From Planctomycetota bacterium (lineage in GTDB: Bacteria; Planctomycetota; UBA8742; UBA2392): a stretch of 64,000 nucleotides of DNA. The position numbers and the translations under genes are program-made. The number at the start of each line of letters is the position of its first letter. Positions within the stretch are counted from its first letter, which is position 1. Shown piece after piece: positions 1 through 7,796 of the stretch. The notes under the pieces were generated by a model that ran no database searches, was not told where the DNA came from, and saw only the letters and a program-made list of their open reading frames with translations. The DNA is taken from positions 4,448 to 68,447 of the forward strand of contig JAIOJA010000049.1 in the NCBI GenBank assembly GCA_019912315.1, given 5' to 3'.

Positions 1-473
1 GGCTGATCAACAAGGATCGCGACCAGCATGTTGAGCACATGAAGAAGCAGCGCGACCGCCTGCAGGCCGGGCTGATCGCCAGGTGCGACGACATTGCAAT
101 CAACGGCGACCAGGCGGACCGTCTGCCGAACACCACCAACATCGGCTTCAAGTACATCGATGGCGAGGCGCTGCTGATGATGCTTGATGCCGAGGACATC
201 GCCGTCAGCGCCGGGAGTGCGTGCCAGTCAGGCAGTATGGAGCCCAGCCACGTGCTCAAAGCCATGAACGTCCCGCTGAGCGCGATTCATGGCAGTGTGC
301 GCTTCTGCGTCAGTCGTTATACGGAAGAGGCTGAAATAGACGCGGCAATTGAGAAGATCAGCAAAGTCGTCAAACGCCTGCGCGAGCTGAGCCCCTACGG
401 GCACGAAGACAAGCGCGAGACGCTGGACGCCGCCATCCTTGCCGAGCACAAGGCGTACTTTGCAAAAGCGTGA
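1..473 (+). CDS. Cysteine desulfurase (NifS/IscS type, PLP-dependent), C-terminal part; the 5' end lies outside the window
   Basis: The frame is open from base 3 to the TGA at 471-473. The peptide carries the active-site Cys loop SAGSACQSGSMEPSHVL and the C-terminal block HGSVRFCVSRYTEEAEID, both typical of class-V aminotransferase-fold cysteine desulfurases. Confidence 0.8.
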   Translation, partial: LINKDRDQHVEHMKKQRDRLQAGLIARCDDIAINGDQADRLPNTTNIGFKYIDGEALLMMLDAEDIAVSAGSACQSGSMEPSHVLKAMNVPLSAIHGSVRFCVSRYTEEAEIDAAIEKISKVVKRLRELSPYGHEDKRETLDAAILAEHKAYFAKA

Positions 474-525
474 CAGGTTTCAGGGGTCGGGTTACGGCAG
501 GCCGTCCCTGACCCCTGTAACCTGT
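473..525. repeat. Palindromic (REP-like) element containing the GGGGTCAGG core, just after the nifS-like stop
   Basis: ACAGGTTTCAGGGGTC (473-488) pairs with GACCCCTGTAACCTGT (510-525), giving 16-bp arms with 1 mismatch plus an inner GGG/CCC. The 14-mer ACAGGTTTCAGGGG recurs as a reverse complement at 22572-22585. CCTGACCCCT lies at 507-516. Confidence 0.6.
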
Positions 526-536
526 AACCTGATTCC

Positions 537-1256
537 ATGAGTGACAAACCGACCATCGAGCAGATCCGCGCCGACCTCAAGGCCGGCGAAAGCACCCACG
601 CCGTGCGCCTTGCGCGCCAACTGACGGCTACCTGCGACATCGACACGATGCTGGAGCTGTCGGGCGCGTTTGCCGACCACGCGATCTACGCGCCGCTGGT
701 GGACCTGTGGCGGCGCTGCGCCAAGCAACGTGACCTTGACGCGCGCGAACTGCCCAGCTTCGCCAACGCACTGAACGGACTGGCCAATGAACACCTGAGC
801 GAGCGCCGCGAAACCGAAGCCATGGAGATGCTGAGTGAAGCCATCGAGCTGGCCCCGCGCCTGGACTACATCCGCCGCAACATTGCCAGCCTGCTCGTGC
901 ACAAGGGCGACTTCGACGCCGCGTTCATTGAGCTGGACACCCTGCTGGCCAACTCGCCCAACGACCCCCAGGCCAATCTGTTACTGGGTGTCGCCCGCTA
1001 CCAGTCCGGTGACCCGGAGCTCGCGATTGATCCCCTCAAACTTGCTTTTCGCGCGGGGTTCCCCGATGCCGGTCTGTGGTTGTTGAAGGCGCAGTGCCTC
1101 GCGGGGCGCCGCGAGGAAGCTGACCTTACCCTCGAACGACTTGGCACCGACCATCCGGACCGCGCCCGAACCATGCTGGAGCTTGAGTTGGACGAGCCGG
1201 GCAGTCCCCTGCAATCCATCCGAGACCACCCGGTCGTCGTCAAACTGCTTGCATGA
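537..1256 (+). CDS. TPR-like repeat protein, function unknown
   Basis: 239-aa ORF with an ATG 63 nt after the previous stop. Helical repeat units such as LLVHKGDFDAAFIELDTLLANSPNDPQ and ANLLLGVARYQSGDPELAIDPLKLAF look like tetratricopeptide repeats. Confidence 0.6.
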   Translation: MSDKPTIEQIRADLKAGESTHAVRLARQLTATCDIDTMLELSGAFADHAIYAPLVDLWRRCAKQRDLDARELPSFANALNGLANEHLSERRETEAMEMLSEAIELAPRLDYIRRNIASLLVHKGDFDAAFIELDTLLANSPNDPQANLLLGVARYQSGDPELAIDPLKLAFRAGFPDAGLWLLKAQCLAGRREEADLTLERLGTDHPDRARTMLELELDEPGSPLQSIRDHPVVVKLLA

Positions 1257-1895
1257 TTACTCCAGGGTGTTCTTGAACGGCGCCTTCTTGCCGAACAGGT
1301 GCTGTTTGGGATCAGCCCACTCTTCTTCGGTTATCTGGTAGCGATCCGCGGCATCGTCGAATGTCAGGTAGGTGACCTCGCCGTCGGACCAGGCGACCAG
1401 TGCCCCGTAGCTGATCGAGTCGTAGTTGTTCCAGTTGTCGCTGTCGAACGTGAACAACACGCTGCGTTCTTTGGCGTTCAGCACTTTGCGCAGCTCGCCC
1501 ATTCTGGGCGCGGTGTAGCTGCACGCGCTGTCGCTTAGCGCAAAACCCTTGCCGATGTCGGCCCGGTTCGCCGCGCTGTCCGGGCCACCAAGACTGACAA
1601 CCGTGCCCAGCTGCTCGCTGCCAAGCACGCCGTTCCGGTAGCAGGCCTCGAAAAACTCGCGGCCGGCCCTATCGGCGTTTTCGCCCTGGTTGAAGCGGGA
1701 CTTGATCTCGGGGTTGGTGACGACTTCCTGCATGGCGCTGTACAACTTGCCCATGTTGACTTTGTCCAGGTCGGCGTTGGCTTTGGTGAAGTGACGACCG
1801 ACGGCCACAGCCAGCACGGAAACCAGGATGCCCAGAATGGCGATAACGACCATCAACTCGACGAGGGTAAACCCCGCGCGGTGACGAGAATACAT
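1257..1895 (-). CDS. Prepilin-type N-terminal cleavage/methylation domain protein (pseudopilin-like)
   Basis: The internal ATG at 1895 gives MYSRHRAGFTLVELMVVIAILGIL, which is the G|FTLxE prepilin-peptidase site followed by a hydrophobic helix. The ORF-track start at 1976 adds 27 unlikely residues. The C-terminal half (ACSYTAP...NWNNY...WSDGE) is paralogous to 2313..2963. Confidence 0.8.
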   Translation of the reverse strand: MYSRHRAGFTLVELMVVIAILGILVSVLAVAVGRHFTKANADLDKVNMGKLYSAMQEVVTNPEIKSRFNQGENADRAGREFFEACYRNGVLGSEQLGTVVSLGGPDSAANRADIGKGFALSDSACSYTAPRMGELRKVLNAKERSVLFTFDSDNWNNYDSISYGALVAWSDGEVTYLTFDDAADRYQITEEEWADPKQHLFGKKAPFKNTLE

Positions 1896-2312
1896 GATGA
1901 CTCCAGAGAAATAGGGTGCGCGCCTCAGGAAGAGGTTCCGACGCTTGAGCATCCCCCGCGAGTTCCCAGGCGTCAAACAGAATTCCCCATAAGTTGTTTT
2001 GTAGAAAATACTTACGTATCAGCAGAAAGCCCGCTCGCGCGGCAAGCCGGCGAAAACTGGTCCGCTCCCGGCTTGGCCGGGCAGGTTTGTGGGTTCTGAA
2101 TCAGGGTGGCGTCATCAGGCCCGAAACGGGCAGATGAAGGGGTTCTGAGGCTATGAAACGAAATACGTCGGGCTCCATGGCAGTGTCCCCACGTGGGGCA
2201 GCGCGCCTGAGAGGCTCCGACGCGCTGATTGTCCGACATTGCCGGCAGTCTGTCAAATCAAACAGCCCCGGGAGTGATCCCCCGGGGCTGCGTGAGGTGC
2301 ATCCATGGTGCG

Positions 2313-2963
2313 TTAGTCGTTGTAAGTCATGTCGAACGGAGACTTCTCGCCGATGATTTCGTCCGGGTTTTCGTTCCAGGCCTTTTCATCAAGGTTCCAC
2401 GGATCGCTTGTCGCGATATCCTTGGTCATGTACTCCGCTGTTTCGGCATCTGACCACTGGACGATCACACCCGCATCGCCGTAGTTGGACCAGTTGCGCG
2501 AGTTGAAGCTGAGAATGACCTTGCGCTTGCTGCCCTTCAGGTTCATCACTTCCAGCAGCTTGCCGCCCTTCGGCGCGGTGTAGCTGCAACTGTTGGCCGG
2601 CATTTCGCCGTCGCCTTCCAGCCATTCCTTGCCTGCCTTGGAGTCCGTGTTGGAGTGCAGGCTGACGATCTTCGGGATCAGGGCGTCATCAAGAATCTTG
2701 TACTTGAAGGCGGCTTCGTAGAAGCCCTCACCCTTGGTGTCTTTGACTTCTTTCTTCCGCAACTTCTCCTTCTTGGCAGAGTCAGCCGCGATGTTCTGGA
2801 AACCGGCCATCAGGTCACCGACCTGCTTGACCTCGAGCTTGTTCTGGGCTTCTGTCAGCTTCGGGATAACCGCGACGGCCAGAATGCCGACCAGCAGCCC
2901 CAGAATGCCGATAACGACCATCAGCTCAACCAGAGTAAACCCACGACGTGTATACCTATTCAA
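2313..2963 (-). CDS. Prepilin-type N-terminal cleavage/methylation domain protein (pseudopilin-like), paralog of 1257..1895
   Basis: The N-terminus MNRYTRRGFTLVELMVVIGILGLLVGILAV is a prepilin leader plus a methylation-site helix. The shared C-terminal blocks are SCSYTAPKGG...NWSNY...WSD. Confidence 0.85.
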   Translation of the reverse strand: MNRYTRRGFTLVELMVVIGILGLLVGILAVAVIPKLTEAQNKLEVKQVGDLMAGFQNIAADSAKKEKLRKKEVKDTKGEGFYEAAFKYKILDDALIPKIVSLHSNTDSKAGKEWLEGDGEMPANSCSYTAPKGGKLLEVMNLKGSKRKVILSFNSRNWSNYGDAGVIVQWSDAETAEYMTKDIATSDPWNLDEKAWNENPDEIIGEKSPFDMTYND

Positions 2964-3144
2964 TTCTTTCCCCTTGTGTTGGGTTAATATCGAAACATGC
3001 CCATTAGCGATAGGGTATCCGACAACCCCAGTATCAGGCAGAGCTTGCGGCGCGTCAAGCGGGCGAATGCGCGGGGTCTGTCAGCAAAGCTGATCCCAAT
3101 CGCGTAAGATGATGACAGATAAATTCTTACAGCCTATGCCCGCG

Positions 3145-3825
3145 CTACTTTTTTGGCGGCGTAAAATCGTCTTCCAGACCCTTCAGACTCTCCGGAAGAT
3201 CCTTGTCGGCCTCTTCCTGCTGGGCCTTTTTCAGCGCCACCTTGCGATCACCGTCGTCGATGCTGCCGTCCACTTTCAGAGCCGGCATGGTTACCGGGCG
3301 CTCAAGCTCCGGATGTCCGCACTTCGGGCACGGAATGCCCATACCTTCTTTCCAGTTCAGCACGTTGAACTTGCTGAAGCAGCCAGGGCAGCCGAGGATC
3401 GTGATGTTCTGGGTCTGAAGCAGCTCGTGAACCTGGTCGGCCGTGAGAACGCGACGGCTAACCATGACTTCGCCGAGTCGGAAAAACAGGTTGAAGCGCT
3501 CCAGCTTGGCCTGCTCGCGGATGCACTCATGCACGTGCTGCTCCGAGCAATAGCTCTTTTCGATGGCAAGGCGCCCCAGGGTCATGCCCATCTTGCGGAC
3601 CGCGGGCGACATCTCGAGGCGCGAGCGGTTCTCCCGCTGAATGGCAAGCACGGTCATCAGTTCCTCGTCGCTGAGGAACCCCATATCGACCATTATTTTA
3701 CCGAGGTGCGTGCCGTCGGGTGCCTTTTCCTGCCCCTCAACGGCCTTGGCCAGTTGCTCGTCGTTGATGAAACCGCAACTGACGGCGATCTTGCCGAACA
3801 GCACCTCGACTTTGGTAGTTGCCAT
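3145..3825 (-). CDS. Protein with four MshEN/T2SSE_N-like 24-residue motifs and a C-terminal zinc ribbon (candidate c-di-GMP receptor)
   Basis: The ATG at 3825 gives MATTKVEV. The longer ORF-track start at 4035 overlaps the upstream gene. Four motifs are present: LFGKIAVSCGFINDEQLAKAVEGQ, HLGKIMVDMGFLSDEELMTVLAIQ, TLGRLAIEKSYCSEQHVHECIREQ and RLGEVMVSRRVLTADQVHELLQTQ. They are followed by CPGC...(18 aa)...CPKC. Confidence 0.65.
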   Translation of the reverse strand: MATTKVEVLFGKIAVSCGFINDEQLAKAVEGQEKAPDGTHLGKIMVDMGFLSDEELMTVLAIQRENRSRLEMSPAVRKMGMTLGRLAIEKSYCSEQHVHECIREQAKLERFNLFFRLGEVMVSRRVLTADQVHELLQTQNITILGCPGCFSKFNVLNWKEGMGIPCPKCGHPELERPVTMPALKVDGSIDDGDRKVALKKAQQEEADKDLPESLKGLEDDFTPPKK

Positions 3826-3941
3826 TACGCTTTCCGAATTGCTGGACGCCGCGATAATAGCAAGCCCCCAAGCCGGATGAAGGGTCTGTAATGCCGCGCG
3901 CCATAGGAAGCTCGCAAGCCCCAACACTGCAACGGACGCAA

Positions 3942-5042
3942 TCAATCGGTGACGGTGAGCTTGATCGTACGGGTAACTTCGAACGGCGTGCTGACGAACG
4001 TGACGTTCAGCGAGAGTTTGATCTCGATGTCCCATTCGCCCGGTTGCTCGGGAACGCCCATCAGATAGAGACGCGGCGGCTGGTTCTCATTCAGTGACTT
4101 GGTTTCGAACCTCATGCCGGCAGGCAACTCGACTTCATCGATCTGCCACGTCCCGTCAATTTGCCATACTCGCCGCCGGTTCCAGTTTTCCGGCGGCGAC
4201 AGGCTGCACGGGATCATCGTGGCGGAGCGCTTGCCCACGACCGCGTTCACGCGGAAGGCCGACTCCGGCGCATCCACATAGGAAGGAAGTTCGTCCTCGG
4301 GCACGGGCGTTACGTCAAGGGTGAACCTGTAAACGGTCTCGTACGCCTCGGGAATGTACTTTATCAAGGCACGGCAGGTCACCGTCACGTCCCAGCGCCC
4401 GGCTTCTTCAGGGACGCCGTGCAGCTTGAGAACGGAGAGCGGATTCCGTCCCTCTTCCTTCTCCTCGTACATCAATCCGGGCGGAAGCTGTTTGCCGTCG
4501 TAGGTCCAGCTCACGGTGACCGCCCACTCGCGCATCTTGTTCCAGTTGTGCTGCTGCTCGGCCACGCCGAACAGGCTGTGACTGAAGCCGATACCTACCG
4601 GGCACAGCAGAGTGGCGGTCTGTTCACCCGTGTTTGCGCGCGACGGATGCTGCTCTTCCGGCACGGGGGTGACTTCCACCCGCAGCCGGATAGATGAATC
4701 GCGCTCCTTGCCGCCTTTGCCAAAGGCGGTGACAACATGGATTCTCACATCGCCCGACTCTGTCGCCTCAGGAATCCCTGTCAGTACCCGGGTCCGACGA
4801 TCTTCCACAGCAAGCCAAGCGCCTCCATCGATCGACTCGACGGTCAGGCTTCTCACTTGCGTTCGCAGCCCCGGCAGGTTGCTCTCCACCTCAATATACA
4901 TATTGAGGGGCACTCCGATTTCCCATTGCAGCACCCAGCGGTCGCCATCGTTGACGGGTGCCCGTAACGCATCCGCGGGATAGATTCCGGTCAGTTGAGG
5001 AGTGATCGACACCGCGTCTTCACCGACGGCCGTCACGACCAC
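3942..5042 (-). CDS. He_PIG-like (putative Ig) repeat protein; probably the C-terminal continuation of 5154..6107 across an in-frame TGA
   Basis: It lies in the same frame as 5154..6107, and that frame is open all the way from the TGA at 5154-5156. There are three repeats of the pattern LP(P/A)G(L/M)...G(V/I)PE..G.W/D...VTPVPE. No signal peptide or SD of its own was seen. Confidence 0.6.
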   Translation of the reverse strand: MVVTAVGEDAVSITPQLTGIYPADALRAPVNDGDRWVLQWEIGVPLNMYIEVESNLPGLRTQVRSLTVESIDGGAWLAVEDRRTRVLTGIPEATESGDVRIHVVTAFGKGGKERDSSIRLRVEVTPVPEEQHPSRANTGEQTATLLCPVGIGFSHSLFGVAEQQHNWNKMREWAVTVSWTYDGKQLPPGLMYEEKEEGRNPLSVLKLHGVPEEAGRWDVTVTCRALIKYIPEAYETVYRFTLDVTPVPEDELPSYVDAPESAFRVNAVVGKRSATMIPCSLSPPENWNRRRVWQIDGTWQIDEVELPAGMRFETKSLNENQPPRLYLMGVPEQPGEWDIEIKLSLNVTFVSTPFEVTRTIKLTVTD

Positions 5043-5153
5043 CGTCCTCGAAAGCGTGGCGGTACGCCCATCGGCGTCCTTTGCGGTAACCTCCAGCTCG
5101 TAGTTCCCGCCCGCTGTCGGGGTGCCGCCGAGCGTACAGTGCGCCGAAAATGG

Positions 5154-6107
5154 TCAGGGCTTCAGCCCGGGAGGCGTGTCGTCCACAGTGTAGGTGTAAG
5201 GGGGCATTCCTCCCCGTGCCCAGCACAGCAGAATATCCTGCGACAAAGGCATTTCTTCGTACAGTACCGGCATGTCGAACGGAAGCAGCTCGAGCGGCTT
5301 GATACCAAGGCCCAGATCCGTCAAACACACGTTTTCAAGAAAGTACGCGAAGCTCTCTGTCCTCGACTCGCTCACGACTGCATAGATGCGTCTGCCGGAC
5401 TGGAACACCTGCACCCTGATTTGTCCGCCGCCAATTTTGACGCCGACTTCGCCATAAAAACCCGGACAATCCTGATGCGGCGCCGACCTTGAGTTTGTCA
5501 CCCGACCGCCCAAACCCTGGGCGATTTCCTCAAGAACATCGTGCAGCTGAAACGTAGCGCCGGAAGGCAAATCCAGCCAGCCGAGTTCCCAGCGCCCGGC
5601 CGGACTGTCGAACACCACCTCGTTCGTTTCGAGACCGTTGGTGTTGACGCTCGTGCTCGCCTGCGGGTGCCCCGGGAACCGCGCGGTGAAGTGTCCGGCG
5701 GGGTCGGTGTAGGTGGCCCAATCCTCCGTGGGCGGCACGCGCTGCATTTCCTCGCGCGCGGCGCCGGCCTTGGCGACACCCCAAACACCCGCCGCCGCGC
5801 CCGCGCCTGCAAGAAGAACGACGCCCACAATCAATGCGATCGCCCAGCGCGGAAAACCTCGGCTGGGTGTGGCCTCGTGAAGGCGCTGCTCATAACCATG
5901 TAGCTGGCCGGGATACGCCAGATTGCTCTGCGGCGTGTACTGCGGTGCGTACTGCGGCGGCGGCGCTGCCGCACCGGCGAGCAACTCGCCGGTGCGGCAG
6001 TCCATGGTAACGTGGCAGAACGGGCACTTGATGCCGGCGCGCATGTAGTGGTCCGGCACCTCCAGCGGCGTCGCGCATGACGGGCAACTCAGGATACGCT
6101 GCGCCAT
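5154..6107 (-). CDS. Zinc-ribbon, single-TM protein that terminates inside a He_PIG-like repeat (N-terminal part of a split gene)
   Basis: ATG at 6107. The N-terminus CPSC...(17 aa)...CPFC is a zinc ribbon. It is followed by a Pro/Gln-rich linker and the TM helix WAIALIVGVVLLAGAGAAAGVWGV. The ORF ends ...PPYTYTVDDTPPGLKP-TGA, in the middle of a repeat. Confidence 0.65.
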   Translation of the reverse strand: MAQRILSCPSCATPLEVPDHYMRAGIKCPFCHVTMDCRTGELLAGAAAPPPQYAPQYTPQSNLAYPGQLHGYEQRLHEATPSRGFPRWAIALIVGVVLLAGAGAAAGVWGVAKAGAAREEMQRVPPTEDWATYTDPAGHFTARFPGHPQASTSVNTNGLETNEVVFDSPAGRWELGWLDLPSGATFQLHDVLEEIAQGLGGRVTNSRSAPHQDCPGFYGEVGVKIGGGQIRVQVFQSGRRIYAVVSESRTESFAYFLENVCLTDLGLGIKPLELLPFDMPVLYEEMPLSQDILLCWARGGMPPYTYTVDDTPPGLKP

Positions 6108-6158
6108 ACCGGGATTATCCCTGTTGCGCAGAAAATGTCACGTTGCAGATGTGAGTTT

Positions 6159-7685
6159 TTATTTCATCTCCGGCAGGGGCAGCAGCCCGCGATAGCCCTT
6201 GTCAATCCAGCCTCGCACTTCCTCGTAAACCTGCGCCATCTGCTCTCGAACGCTCTGGCCCGCGCGCCCCCGACACAGGTATGCCAGCGCACGAAGGTGC
6301 AGCAGGCGGCATTCAACGCGAACGCTGAACTCAGGCGCCAGTTGTTGGTACGCCCTGTCCGTCTTCTCGACCTGCTGCGTCACCGAGCGCCGGTCACCGA
6401 CAAGTCGAGCAACCTGCCCTCGATGCACCTCGATGTAGATCTGCCGCACCTGCGCCGAGGCCGCGACAGGCGGGTGCTCGTCCACCAGTCGGTTAAATTC
6501 CTTCAGCCCGGATTTGCCACCCCGCAGCACCCGTAACAATATGCGTGCGCGCCCCGTGTCGTACTCGTCGGGCTTGATGCCCTCCGGGCCCAGCCCGATC
6601 AGCTTCTCCGTCGCGTGCTTCAGTATGTCCACGTCCTCGCGCAGGCAGGCCAGTCGTATTAACAGACGCTGGCGCCCGAACACCGGGCGGCTGAAGTTCA
6701 CGAGCTCGTGGTAGTCCATGATGCCGGCTAGCTGCAGCCCGCGGGCCATCAGGATGGTCGCGGAAACGCGCCGCTCCGGCGGGATTTTTGCGAACTCGCT
6801 TTCCAGTATGCGCATCCCGGCATCCAACTCACCGACCTCAATGTGCAGGTTGCCAAGGAACATCCGCAACTCGCACAGGGCAGGCGATTCCGGCATCGAC
6901 TCGTCCACCAGGCAAACGATCGCGCCCGCCACTCTGCGCGCTTCCGCGATACGGTTGGTTTCGCGCAGGGCCATGACGAAGTTAATACACACCTGCAGAC
7001 TTGCAGCATCTGCAAAGCGCCCGTCACGCACCCTGCGCGCGAAAACGCGCCGGATGAACTCCAGGGCCTTTTCAAGGTTGCCGCTCAGGTACTCAACGCC
7101 GGACTGCACGTCGTCCAGGCGTTCAAGCACTTCGTCATCGGTACACAGCCTGGAAAGCTCGACTGCGGTCTCGCGAAGGGCCCGCGCTTCGCCCATATCT
7201 ACGCGTGACAGCGCCTTGCCCATGTCGTCGATCAACTGGTCAAGCACGGGGCGGGACTTTTCATTCATCCGGGCCCGCAGGCGGTCGAAAGTCTCCAGTG
7301 TCTCCGCCAGTTCCCGCACCCGTTTGCGGTCACGGTCGCCAACAACAGCGCCGAGTCGCAGGCGCGCCACGGCGTTCATGGCCTTCACCAGGTCAAGCAA
7401 CTCGCCGGCTTTGGCGGCCGCACCCGCCTTGACATCGCTCGTCACGGGCTCGCCTTCGCCCTTCAGCAGCCACTCGGCACTCAGGTTGAACGCGTCGGAC
7501 AGGGCCGAGCAGAACTCCGCAGGTACTTTGCCCGATTTCATGTAGCGATGGACATTGGCCGTGGGCAGTCCCGTGCGACGCGCGATCTCAACCTGCTGGA
7601 AGCGATCCCGCAGGGTGTGCAGACGCGCCCGCAGCTCTTCGCGGTAGCTCTCCGGTGATTTCAGTTTTGTATCCGCCATGGGCAC
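6159..7685 (-). CDS. XRE-family helix-turn-helix regulator fused to a large helical (TPR-like) domain
   Basis: The N-terminal segment FQQVEIARRTGLPTANVHRYMKSGKVPAEFCSALSDAFNLSAEWLLKGEG is a Cro/C1-type HTH. About 400 aa of helical repeats follow. It lies 51 nt upstream of 5154..6107 on the same strand. Confidence 0.7.
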   Translation of the reverse strand: MPMADTKLKSPESYREELRARLHTLRDRFQQVEIARRTGLPTANVHRYMKSGKVPAEFCSALSDAFNLSAEWLLKGEGEPVTSDVKAGAAAKAGELLDLVKAMNAVARLRLGAVVGDRDRKRVRELAETLETFDRLRARMNEKSRPVLDQLIDDMGKALSRVDMGEARALRETAVELSRLCTDDEVLERLDDVQSGVEYLSGNLEKALEFIRRVFARRVRDGRFADAASLQVCINFVMALRETNRIAEARRVAGAIVCLVDESMPESPALCELRMFLGNLHIEVGELDAGMRILESEFAKIPPERRVSATILMARGLQLAGIMDYHELVNFSRPVFGRQRLLIRLACLREDVDILKHATEKLIGLGPEGIKPDEYDTGRARILLRVLRGGKSGLKEFNRLVDEHPPVAASAQVRQIYIEVHRGQVARLVGDRRSVTQQVEKTDRAYQQLAPEFSVRVECRLLHLRALAYLCRGRAGQSVREQMAQVYEEVRGWIDKGYRGLLPLPEMK

Positions 7686-7796
7686 GTGATTTCACTAATG
7701 AAATTTGGGGCGAGGGTCAGGGCGCAAGTTCGCTTTCAGTTTTGTTAGTTTTCAATCAGGTGCAAGGGCTTGGGGGCCGGCACCTACGGAGGAGAC

